Shown piece by piece: positions 6,873-15,700 of a stretch of 64,000 nucleotides of DNA. Positions within the stretch are counted from its first letter, which is position 1, and each line of letters begins with the position of its first letter. The notes below the pieces were generated by a model. The model did no database searches, was not told where the DNA came from, and saw only the letters and a program-made list of their open reading frames with translations. Source of the DNA: a virus; IMG/VR virus record IMGVR_UViG_3300029197_000003, one strand, 5' to 3'. The position numbers and the translations under genes were made by a program.

Positions 6873-6956
6873 TGAGCCACGGCGGAATCGAACCGCCACA
6901 CACCATCAACAACTCAATTCTCACAACACAATGAATGGTGTGCAACCATTAGGCTC
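6873..6956 (-). ncRNA. tRNA-like element 3, non-canonical
   Basis: The T-arm is GGCGG-TTCGATT-CCGCC. The acceptor-like pairing GAGCC/GGCTC is only 5 bp. A central helix of 8-9 bp (CACACCAT/ATGGTGTG) encloses a 28-nt loop that begins TCATTG. No CCA is encoded. Confidence 0.3.
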
Positions 6957-7103
6957 TGTCTCGTTTTTCTCGGCAAGCAAGTCGACGACGATTAGTCAGA
7001 TTATCGCGAGACGTGAAAAAATAAAACACAGAACGCTTTCCAATTACTTGGATATTTGTATATTTGCGGTAACAAGTTGTGCAACTCGTTCCGTAACACG
7101 TTG

Positions 7104-7125
7104 CAAAGATAGATATAATATCTAT
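7104..7125 (-). promoter_or_regulatory. leftward -7 box TATCTTTG overlapped by a perfect 17-bp palindrome, an operator candidate
   Basis: The reverse complement of 7104-7111 is TATCTTTG, matching the Bacteroides TAnnTTTG box. ATAGATAT-A-ATATCTAT spans 7109-7125. A rightward TATATTTG box lies at 7059-7066. Confidence 0.4.
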
Positions 7126-7175
7126 TGTAACCAAATAAATCTTAGATTTTATTTCTAATTTAACACTTTACAACT

Positions 7176-7604
7176 ATGAATCTAAACGAAAGAATCCTTA
7201 CATTTATCAGCCACTTAGAAATGAATGTTGCTGAATTTGAGCGTAATTGCAATCTTAGCAACGGCTCTGTATCTAAAATGGGAGACAATACCAGACGTTC
7301 AACGTTAGAGAAAATATCTAAGATTTACCCATCTCTCAATCTCAATTGGCTCCTTACAGGAGAAGGCTCTATGATTTTAGGAGAGGAGAACGCGGTGCAG
7401 CAAAAGCAGGAATCGACAGAGAGTAAGGGCGATTTCGTAAGAGTGAAGATTCATGACGACCATGTTCACTACACATATATCAATCGTAATCACGTGTATG
7501 CCGTAAGAGAAGAGGCAGACCGTATCACCGTTTACATGACAAATGGTGATAACTATACCATCTTCGAGGACTTTAAGCGCGTATTGTCAGATTTACTCAG
7601 ATGA
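7176..7604 (+). CDS. XRE-family HTH regulator with a small C-terminal beta-rich domain
   Basis: 142 aa. The sequence ERILTFISHLEMNVAEFERNCNLSNGSVSKM...LNLNWLLTGEGSM is the HTH type common in Bacteroidota phages. Confidence 0.65.
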   Translation: MNLNERILTFISHLEMNVAEFERNCNLSNGSVSKMGDNTRRSTLEKISKIYPSLNLNWLLTGEGSMILGEENAVQQKQESTESKGDFVRVKIHDDHVHYTYINRNHVYAVREEADRITVYMTNGDNYTIFEDFKRVLSDLLR

Positions 7605-7802
7605 ATTCTTCCGCTTCTCGCAGTAATCTTCTATAATCGGCTTGATGTGCTTGGCCGCTTCGCTGAGGTCAGACAACTGCCGCATGACTTCATCACTTGA
7701 CACGTCTATCGGGCTGTCATTTCCACAATGCGGGTCGTTCAATACTTCCATTTCCTGGCTGTAATGCTTACCGTAAAACCTTAATTTGATATTCAGATAC
7801 AT
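7593..7802 (-). CDS. hypothetical protein
   Basis: 69-aa ORF. Its 3' end overlaps the 3' end of the convergent gene 7176-7604 by 12 nt. Confidence 0.4.
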   Translation of the reverse strand: MYLNIKLRFYGKHYSQEMEVLNDPHCGNDSPIDVSSDEVMRQLSDLSEAAKHIKPIIEDYCEKRKNSSE

Positions 7803-7812
7803 AGGTCAATTA

Positions 7813-8037
7813 TTAATGTGATTGAATCTTTTCTTTAAAGAACTCAACAGTTAAATCCTCTATCCTTTTAGCCAGTTCACCGTACAAACTATACATTATC
7901 TGCGTTTCTTCGCGTCTCACGTCCATCTCGCTGATAAAACTTGATGGGTTTAACTCACCATGAAACGTAACGTAAGTACAAATTTGTGGTTCGTCCGTGT
8001 TATGCGGATTCTTGTTTACTAATACATTTAATTCCAT
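7813..8037 (-). CDS. hypothetical protein, first gene of the leftward unit opposite the repressor
   Basis: 74-aa ORF downstream of the leftward box at 8174-8181. I see no HTH in it. Confidence 0.4.
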   Translation of the reverse strand: MELNVLVNKNPHNTDEPQICTYVTFHGELNPSSFISEMDVRREETQIMYSLYGELAKRIEDLTVEFFKEKIQSH

Positions 8038-8173
8038 ATTATATCAGTTTTTAAATTGTTAAATCCATCAGAGTAGATTTTTAGGTTCAAGTCTTGCTTG
8101 TTAGATATTTAATCGCTATTTTTGCGATAGATATTCCGCAAACGTGTTGTGTAACTTGTTTTGGAATACATTG

Positions 8174-8216
8174 CAAAGATAGTGTATTACCTGTTATTAC
8201 CAAGGAAAAACAGGTA
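8174..8216 (-). promoter_or_regulatory. leftward -7 box TATCTTTG plus an inverted repeat, an operator candidate
   Basis: The core TTGCAAAGATAG is the same as at 7101-7112. The inverted repeat TACCTGTT (8188-8195) / AACAGGTA (8209-8216) has a 13-nt spacer. A rightward TATTTTTG box lies at 8117-8124. Confidence 0.4.
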
Positions 8217-8264
8217 TTTACTTTATAGTTTAAATCTTATTGTATGGTTTAATATTATAATGCT

Positions 8265-9035
8265 ATGCAGACATTACGAGAACAAAGAAAAGAACGCCTA
8301 CAAGTATTCGGGTATTCCATGAATGCTTTCGCGAATAGTGTAGGTATAGAACCAAGTAATCTCAGTAAAATGCTTGATGGGAAGCAAAAGATTACACGGA
8401 GAACAATGGAAAAAATAAAGGCTCGTTTCCCTGAATTAAATTTTGATTGGATTCTATGGGAAACAGGTAACATGCTCAACGAGGATGCGCCGCGACTAAT
8501 GTCACAGCAAAACAATCCTCACTCACCAGAAGCGAGGATGGAGAATAATTACTATATGCATGGAGGGGCGGAAGGCGGCAACATCGCCGCACAGAACTTG
8601 GAGGTAAAAAGCGCATCCGAAGACGCACGTCCAATCATTCCATCATATATGTATAATATGCCAGACTATGATATATATGCAAACATAAAGAATGGTGCTG
8701 CAAACATGGAGATATTCTCTGTAGAAGGATTCATGAAGCAGATAGATATTATTTACAGAGTGCAGGATAATTCCATGACGCCAACCTTCACCAGTGGAGA
8801 CCTCATAGGCATCAGAAGACTGCCAGAGACAGAACACATCGTTAACGGAGATTATTATGTCATTGACACAAAACCGCATGGCGTACGTCTCAGAATCCTC
8901 ATTGAGAATGCTGATTCATACACCCTGCGGACGACAGATGCCAACCGTGACAGATATACCGACTTCAAAGTGGCCAAAAGCGAAATCATCAGTATCTTTG
9001 CCGTTATATTTCTTTTTAGACATAGCTTTGTGTAA
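8265..9035 (+). CDS. CI/LexA-like repressor: N-terminal HTH plus C-terminal S24 peptidase
   Basis: 256 aa. It has an HTH with LNFDWILWETG. The C-terminal VQDNSMTPTFTSGDLIGIRR supplies the Ser of a Ser/Lys dyad, with downstream Lys candidates. Confidence 0.8.
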   Translation: MQTLREQRKERLQVFGYSMNAFANSVGIEPSNLSKMLDGKQKITRRTMEKIKARFPELNFDWILWETGNMLNEDAPRLMSQQNNPHSPEARMENNYYMHGGAEGGNIAAQNLEVKSASEDARPIIPSYMYNMPDYDIYANIKNGAANMEIFSVEGFMKQIDIIYRVQDNSMTPTFTSGDLIGIRRLPETEHIVNGDYYVIDTKPHGVRLRILIENADSYTLRTTDANRDRYTDFKVAKSEIISIFAVIFLFRHSFV

Positions 9036-9253
9036 TGGAAAAGAATAACAGCGATGAACAAAGAAAAGAACTCGCAAAGTTCTTTTACGACTTGGCAAAG
9101 ACCATATTTACAACAATGGTATTGGGAGCCATATCGTCAGTCTTGATATTGGATAACGATTTGACTGCTTCTTCCCTTTTGTCTTTGATATTCGGTACAT
9201 TACTAACAACATTCCTTGCGACAATAGCTTATAAATTAAATAATAAAAAATAA
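9035..9253 (+). CDS. small membrane protein co-transcribed with the repressor
   Basis: 72 aa with two hydrophobic helices. Its ATG overlaps the repressor stop as TAATG. Confidence 0.5.
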   Translation: MEKNNSDEQRKELAKFFYDLAKTIFTTMVLGAISSVLILDNDLTASSLLSLIFGTLLTTFLATIAYKLNNKK

Positions 9254-9260
9254 AGCGGAA

Positions 9261-9377
9261 ATGGAAAATGTATTTAACTTACTCAATATATTCTACCTAA
9301 TTATGATTATAATTAGCGGTGGTATCTTGATTTGGATGCACACGAAGAATGGTAAAAGATGGCTTGACGGCCATTGA
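9261..9377 (+). CDS. 38-aa hydrophobic peptide, paralog 1
   Basis: The product is MENVFNLLNIFYLIMIIISGGILIWMHTKNGKRWLDGH. It is below the ORF-track size cutoff. Confidence 0.4.
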   Translation: MENVFNLLNIFYLIMIIISGGILIWMHTKNGKRWLDGH

Positions 9378-9386
9378 AATAATGAA

Positions 9387-9506
9387 ATGAGGAAAGAAAT
9401 GATATACTTTACTCTCATATTCTCAATATCAATCGTTTTTGTGATAGTCTTCAACTGGTGGCTATCTTGCACCAAGAACGGCCGCAAATGGCTGAAAGAA
9501 TTATGA
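9387..9506 (+). CDS. 39-aa hydrophobic peptide, paralog 2
   Basis: The product is MRKEMIYFTLIFSISIVFVIVFNWWLSCTKNGRKWLKEL. It shares the architecture of one TM helix followed by TKNG(K/R)(R/K)WL. Confidence 0.4.
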   Translation: MRKEMIYFTLIFSISIVFVIVFNWWLSCTKNGRKWLKEL

Positions 9507-9543
9507 TAAAAACGTCAAAACAAAATGAAGTAATAATAGTATC

Positions 9544-9888
9544 ATGAAGAACATCAATTTAACAAAGAAACATTACTTAGTTTTTGCTCTATCATTATGC
9601 TTATTAACTATAATAGGTGTAATAATAGGGATATGGTTTCACAGTGGACTGCTTCCTAAAAACTTATACTTACAAGAAGTCTACGATGTAAAAATCGTTC
9701 ATACAAACGCCCGATGTGGAACAATTAGACCTCAGGGAATAACAATAACGCCAAGGATAATTAGTAAGGAAAATTTTTTCCGTGAAAAATATTTCGAGGA
9801 GTTTAGAACGTGTGGCGTATGCTTCAATGACAGGCAATTTGAAAGGTATGAAGATGCCGTGAATGAAGCAACGAAACAAAAGAAATAA
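9544..9888 (+). CDS. N-terminally membrane-anchored protein
   Basis: 114 aa. It has one TM helix (YLVFALSLCLLTIIGVIIGIWF) followed by a soluble Cys-containing domain. Confidence 0.45.
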   Translation: MKNINLTKKHYLVFALSLCLLTIIGVIIGIWFHSGLLPKNLYLQEVYDVKIVHTNARCGTIRPQGITITPRIISKENFFREKYFEEFRTCGVCFNDRQFERYEDAVNEATKQKK

Positions 9889-9944
9889 TATTTGTATATT
9901 CAAAAGCCCTACCTTAATCGATAGGGCTTTAAAATTTCCCACCC

Positions 9945-11165
9945 ATGAAATACAGCATACTATTCTCCCCAGATACACGTGGAGACCTCAGATTAACTAT
10001 ACGGTATCAGATGAAGCGCTTTACCTTCTCCCTTGGATATAAGGTAGACTCAGCCAAATGGGATAGGGATACGCAACGATGCAAACGAAATACCACGCAT
10101 GGCGAAGAAAAGGTGCCTGCGTCAAGAATAAATACGGAGATACAGCGATACGAAAGCGAAATAATCCGCTTGGCAGATGCGTACAAAGAGGCACCGACAT
10201 ACGACCAGTTCAAGGAAGACATTTCTTCCTTGTTTAGAATAAAAGAGGACGGGATTTCAAAAAATAAAAACCTGTTTGACCTCTATAATAAATACGTAGA
10301 AGAGGCTGGGAAAGAAAGTGGATGGTCATCATCAGTAAGGTATAAGCATAATCAGATATGGCATAACTTGTACGACTTCTTGCCATCGGCAAAAATAGAA
10401 GACATAAACGCTGGCATGCTCTCTAAATTTCGCGATTACCTTATTACGCAAGGCTATCAGAATGAGACAGTAAAAAAGAAAATATCCATGCTTAAATGGT
10501 TCTTCCGATGGCTCGTCACAAAGGGCATCATTAAGGATGTGAGCTTTACTACTTATCGGGCAAAATTAAAGCGCTCAAATAACACGGTTGTATTTTTAAC
10601 TTGGGAAGAGCTTATGAAAGTCTATAATTACCCGTTTAATGAGGGTTACTTATCACGAGCGAGAGATGTATTCTGCTTTTGCTGCTTCACTTCCTTGCGC
10701 TATTCCGATGTCGCCAAACTGAAGAAATCCGACATACAAAATGGAATAATCAATGTCATAACTCAGAAGACAAATGCCGCTTTAAAAATCGAATTGAACA
10801 AATACTCCAGTTCAATCCTTGATAAATACACGAAAATGGAAGGAGACAAAGCATTGCCAGTCGCATCCAACCAGAAGATGAACAACTATATAAAAGAAGT
10901 ATGCCGCCAGTGTGAGTTAAACGAAGTCATCACATGCACCCATTATATAGGCAACAAAAAAATAACAGAAAGCAAGCCAAAGTGGAAGGCGGTTGGTACA
11001 CATTGCGGACGTCGTACATTCATTTGTAATGCCCTCATGCTTGGAATACCGCCATCTATCGTCATGAAGTGGACAGGGCATTCCGATTATAGAGCCATGA
11101 AGCCATATATAGATATAGCCGACGAAGCTAAGAAAAATGCCATGAATTTGTTTGATAAAATATAG
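9945..11165 (+). CDS. int: tyrosine recombinase / phage integrase, Bacteroidota type
   Basis: 406 aa. The order is an arm-binding-like N-terminus, a SAM-like core-binding region, then the catalytic region: TSLRYSD (Arg), HCGRRTF (His-x-x-Arg), WTGHSD (His) and MKPYID (Tyr). Confidence 0.85.
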   Translation: MKYSILFSPDTRGDLRLTIRYQMKRFTFSLGYKVDSAKWDRDTQRCKRNTTHGEEKVPASRINTEIQRYESEIIRLADAYKEAPTYDQFKEDISSLFRIKEDGISKNKNLFDLYNKYVEEAGKESGWSSSVRYKHNQIWHNLYDFLPSAKIEDINAGMLSKFRDYLITQGYQNETVKKKISMLKWFFRWLVTKGIIKDVSFTTYRAKLKRSNNTVVFLTWEELMKVYNYPFNEGYLSRARDVFCFCCFTSLRYSDVAKLKKSDIQNGIINVITQKTNAALKIELNKYSSSILDKYTKMEGDKALPVASNQKMNNYIKEVCRQCELNEVITCTHYIGNKKITESKPKWKAVGTHCGRRTFICNALMLGIPPSIVMKWTGHSDYRAMKPYIDIADEAKKNAMNLFDKI

Positions 11166-11215
11166 CGAGTTATAAAAAGTGGCACACATTATGTCACACA
11201 TTTTTCATAACTCGC
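11165..11215 (+). terminator. long hairpin at the integrase stop
   Basis: GCGAGTTAT (11165-11173) pairs with ATAACTCGC (11207-11215). The stem can extend through AAAAA/TTTTT and GTG/CAC. Confidence 0.5.
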
Positions 11216-11361
11216 TGAAAATTAGTAATAATTGTGGACCAGGAGGGACTATCCATTCTTACTTCTATTGGTATCTATAAGCCTATTTGTGTCTATAAAA
11301 CAGCGCTTTACGAATAATCCATATACATATATATGTAGATAGACGTATATAGATGTACGCA
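11216..11361. other. attP candidate: AT-rich region between two hairpins that share a 16-nt direct repeat
   Basis: AAAAGTGGCACACATT occurs at 11175-11190 and again at 11361-11376. Between them lie TATA/TAGAT-rich short repeats (CTATAA...CTATAAAA, ATGTAGATAGACGTATATAGATGTAC). The region lies directly 3' of int. Confidence 0.3.
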
Positions 11362-11398
11362 AAAGTGGCACACATTTTTTGTTATGTGTGCCACTTTT
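11362..11398. terminator. perfect 14-bp hairpin, bidirectional terminator
   Basis: AAAGTGGCACACAT-TTTTTGTT-ATGTGTGCCACTTT. It sits at the stop of the minus-strand gene 11398-11748. Confidence 0.65.
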
Positions 11399-11748
11399 CA
11401 TTTCATTGCCTCTACATACCTGTAAACCTTATCTTCTGGCGCATCTTCATCATCAAAGAAGAAAGCGTATGCAGCAACTGCTATCATCTCAGGAGACATA
11501 ATCTTATTGAAGTCAGCATAGGCATAGTTCAATGCTACATATTTGTCCCAATCGGTGACATGCTCTTTGAATTTCTGCTTGTTCGTTATCTCGCGTATAT
11601 CGTCAATGCTCCAATGAGGGCCGTTGTGTTCCTTTCCTTCATCGTCTGTGTAGTAAATTCTTTCTACGGCATCTATTGCAGAAACTTCGTCATAATGATT
11701 GCTGTGAGGTCTTAGATTCCCGTGATGTAAGATATAATATTTCTTCAT
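11398..11748 (-). CDS. hypothetical protein
   Basis: 116-aa ORF. It is the last gene before the int-proximal hairpins. Confidence 0.5.
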   Translation of the reverse strand: MKKYYILHHGNLRPHSNHYDEVSAIDAVERIYYTDDEGKEHNGPHWSIDDIREITNKQKFKEHVTDWDKYVALNYAYADFNKIMSPEMIAVAAYAFFFDDEDAPEDKVYRYVEAMK

Positions 11749-11800
11749 GGCAATTTTAATTTACAATGGTAGGGAAATTATCTTCCCTACCATCTTTGTG

Positions 11801-12625
11801 TTAAGCTGTTGTCGTTTTCAGAGCTGCGATAAGCTCCGCATTCTGCTTCTGCTGTGAGAGTTCCAGACGTGCATCATTGTAGCGCTGCTGCAAATCTGAG
11901 TTCCAATGACTGTTAAGTGTGTCGATTATGCGTTGCGTATTGTCCTGCCCTGCGCGAATAATATCGCATTTGTCCTGCGCATTTTGAAAGCCAAGAGCAC
12001 TAAAACCGCGTTCGACTGACGAGTTAATGAAATTCATACTCCTATTCAAAGATTCTGTCTGGCCTTGAATTGCGAGCTGATTCTCATAGCCCATTTTCAA
12101 AATACCCTGCTGTGTGTTGCAGCAACAATTCTGAATTGCACTTATAATGCTGGCATCACCGCGCTCGGCCGCATTGATAACACGTTCAGCGCTGAAACCT
12201 ACTTGCCCAGCAACATTTTCTACTGCTGAACGTATTGCACAAACGGCCTGTTGCAATTGATTGAAGTCGCAATTAAGATTCGCGCCAAGTGTTTTGAGGG
12301 CATCATCGTTACCCTTTATAGCTGACATCAGCAAATCTGCATTGTGGTTGTCGGCCATCTGTGAGCGTAGAGAGGCAATCTGATTTTGGATTTCTGCATC
12401 CTGCACGGCATTCCCTCTGTTGCCAAAGCCTCCGAATCCTGCACCGCCAAACAATGCAAGAAACATCATATAGGCAAATGGATTATTCATCCACTGATTA
12501 CCCATGCCTCCGTTCATCATTGCGGCCATCGCCATTGGGTCGGACTGTTTGTTTGCCATCGCTGCATAAGCCAAGGCGTCATTGTTGCCACGGTCGCAAC
12601 AGATAATTTTTTCTACTCCGTCCAT
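11801..12625 (-). CDS. hypothetical Gly/Met/Asn-rich, Cys-containing protein
   Basis: The start is taken at the ATG at 12625 (MDGVEKIICCDRG...). The TTG start in the ORF track overlaps the predicted -7 box. It contains the hydrophobic, Gly-rich segment NNPFAYMMFLALFGGAGFGGFG and repeated N/Q/C-rich helical segments. Confidence 0.45.
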   Translation of the reverse strand: MDGVEKIICCDRGNNDALAYAAMANKQSDPMAMAAMMNGGMGNQWMNNPFAYMMFLALFGGAGFGGFGNRGNAVQDAEIQNQIASLRSQMADNHNADLLMSAIKGNDDALKTLGANLNCDFNQLQQAVCAIRSAVENVAGQVGFSAERVINAAERGDASIISAIQNCCCNTQQGILKMGYENQLAIQGQTESLNRSMNFINSSVERGFSALGFQNAQDKCDIIRAGQDNTQRIIDTLNSHWNSDLQQRYNDARLELSQQKQNAELIAALKTTTA

Positions 12626-12676
12626 AATAATATGTTTTTTAAGTTGAATGCGGTAGGACTTTCCTGCCGTCTGATG

Positions 12677-12684
12677 CAAAATTA
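12677..12684 (-). promoter_or_regulatory. -7 box TAATTTTG
   Basis: The reverse complement of 12677-12684 is TAATTTTG, matching TAnnTTTG. It lies between the giant-gene terminator and the ATG at 12625. Confidence 0.35.
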
Positions 12685-12730
12685 CTATGAGACGTATTGT
12701 TTATTTTTTGTTCGTTTTGTTAGTTGTTTG

Positions 12731-12766
12731 TAAAAAACGGGTGCATGGTAATTTTCATGCACCCGT
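12731..12766 (-). terminator. intrinsic terminator after the giant ORF
   Basis: On the minus strand: ACGGGTGCATG-AAAATTAC-CATGCACCCGT followed by TTTTTT. Confidence 0.75.
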
Positions 12767-12776
12767 CAATCTTACG

Positions 12777-15700
12777 TCACTCTTCAACCTTACTTAAGGT
12801 TTCCTTAATCTGAGGTGTGTACTCGCTTTGAATCCTGCCAATTTTCTCATCGGCCTCTTCCTGCGTCTTGGAATCCTCAACGGCGCGAGCACATTCTGTC
12901 ATTATTTTCTGCACTAACATCTGTGCATGGTCAAGTGCTGCGCGTTTATCCTTGTCATCGCCAATATAACTTCTTGCGTTGTCAAATTGGCTCTTGACTG
13001 AATTATAGCTTTTCCATAGCATATAACTCATGAAATCCTTGCTCTTAGCAAATTCGTCAAGCTCTTTCACGTATTGACTGTTACCTCTCGCGGATTCTTT
13101 CTGGTAATTATCAATCTTGTAAATCAACTTTTGCCCCTTGTCGTATTCTCGTTGGAATCGCTCTCGTGCTGCACGATTATGCGTGCGGTCGTCTACGGAT
13201 TTAACCAAGGTACGGTAGAATGGTATCTCGTTAGACCTTATCTGCTCTCCTTGGATAATCTTAGCGATAACGCCAGAGGTTCTGCTGACAAATTTACCTG
13301 CGCCCCCTGTGTATGATTCAACGAGATGCTGAACCATTGCAGGGTTGACCTGCACACCTGCACGTTCGTAGTCGCCGCCGCCCTGCACCTCGTTCAACCA
13401 TTTAGACATGGCAATATAATTAGGATTGGTGCTTTGGTAAACATTTCTGAATGCAGGTGTATTCTTGTTGAACGGTTCTTTATAGATTGGCATTCCGAGC
13501 CAATTCTTATTGAAGGCAATTTCTACTTCTGGTCGCACCGCTGTTGGAACGAGAGAAAGCATGCTGCCGTTGCCTTCGGTCAAGTCAAGAGGCAGTATCT
13601 GTGACAATTGCTCAAATGCTTGAAATGTAATCTCGCTCGCTGGTAGATTTTCGCTGCCGCAAACAACCGTCCCCAACAGTTCACCAATGCCGTATGCTGC
13701 GCGATGCTCAATTGACATCGGAAGAGTTAAAAATCTTCCGTCCTTACCCAACGGCAGCATAATGCCCATTCTTCTCATAGATTCAGGCATATCCCAGTAG
13801 TCATCTGGGTCTCCGCCTATGGCAGACAACATCAATGGAATGCACATGGCAGAAAGCATGCCGAGCGTTACTGCTGCGCCGTCCCACATAAGCATTCCTG
13901 CTGTATGGTTAAGATGTAATCTAACATTCTTGTCAAGACCTTGGATGCTGGCATTTGAAAATGCGTAGAAATTCTTGAATACCGATGCTGCATAAGCGCT
14001 GAGAAAATGAAGATTGTTCATGCTGAAAAAGTTGGAAACATCCCATTTCCCTGCTGATTTACTTCCAGCGCCCTTGCGGTTGAAGTTTATAGTTACTTCC
14101 TTTGCATCCATGATAGACTGTTCCATAGAACGCCCCATCTGTCTGCTGGTAAGGAATACAGCAAAGCGCACCCAGTCTTCCGTGCAGCGGCTCAGATATT
14201 CCGCCCCCTTCATGTAAATATTCCAAGCGTCATTAATAACATAATGATGGCCGTAAACAACCTTATTACTAAGGCGTTCAATCTTACTTTTTCCTTCCTT
14301 GGCGCGAAGTTCAGAAAGAGCTTTAGTGATTTCGCCCTTATAACGCTCAACGCCCTTCATAAAAGTATAGCCTGTCTCGCCGCCATTGTAGATAAAATCG
14401 TAAAACGCCTTTTCTAAAGGATTGGACATATCAAGAGTATTGCCATTAAGTCGGTTGACAAGTCGGCCGATATTCTTGACGCACGTAAGATAGTTCTTAA
14501 CGTATCTGCCGTAATATTCCGTCCCCTCCTTTGGTATCAGTGTCGTTGAAAATTCCAAATCTCGCATGGCGTTAGAGATAGCGAACTCAACGTTTCTTGC
14601 CGTAGCCATTCTTGCAATCCAATTGGTCATAGCCTTCAAAGCAATAGCTCCAGGGTTTTCCGTGGCATCTGGGTTTAGTAAGCCATTGATAGCTTGCGCC
14701 GCCCTCGGGTTCCCGTTGATGGTCAGTATGTAGGTCTTGCCTCCACGTTTCACCATAACTTGATGCTCATTCATGTTTCTGCCGAGCACTCGGTATGGAA
14801 TATGCGGTTTCTGATGAGCCAAGGCGTAGGTGTCAGGTTCATCCTTAACCTTTTCCTCCATGTCATCTTGGAAATCAAGCATCACTTGGTTTGCTTCCTC
14901 CGTTGTCATGCCGCTTGTATCTGGCACAGCCACTGGCACCCATGCTCCGCGCGTGCCGTCTCCGTTGTCGTAGTCTTCATCAAATTTCACGTAGAGGTCA
15001 CTGACGCTGATAAGGTCGGATGGGTGGTTTAAGGCGAGGTTCAGCAATTGCTGTTTCATGAGATTGCGGTTAGACTGCATGATGGCCATTTCTGCCATAT
15101 TGCCGATAACTGCAAACGGGTCATCTGCAACACTCTTACGTCCCTTGGCTTTCTTCATGAAGCTACCCGTGCCTCCATTGATTGTTTGGTCGCCAAAATA
15201 TTCGTACACCTCATCACTCGTTGCTTCGTCAAAACCTCTGAGTGGAATGTAGTACTGATACATACTGCTTACATTGTCGTATGTCTCCTTACTTATCAGT
15301 CCTGCCTCATACGCTCTTTGAAGGGAAGACTTTGTAGCAGCACGAATGCTGTCCCACATGCTATCCGTCAGACTGCCAGCCTCGGCCTCCACTTCCTCTA
15401 CATATTTTTGCGCTTCATCCATAGCCTCAGAAACGCTCTGCGTTCCGAATAACTCTGTCAATCCTGCAAAGCTCTTCTCTTCATATTCATCAATGAAGTA
15501 GTCAAGCGTCTTCTGCCCAAATGGGTGCATGGATTTATATCTGTCATAAGCCTCTTCTGCGGCCTTTCCTGCCATATATTTTTGACGCTCCATGCCGTGT
15601 TTGGCCATCACATACGTCTTTATTTCTTCGTATGAACGGCCTGTCTCGCTGCCAAGCGCATGAATGGCCTCTATCATATCTGCATAAAGCGTCCTCTTGT

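Noticed and set aside
9293-9487. Minus-strand ORF 9293-9487 (64 aa).
   Set aside because: It is antisense to two tandem plus-strand peptides. Those peptides are paralogous to each other and share the orientation of the surrounding repressor-to-integrase genes.
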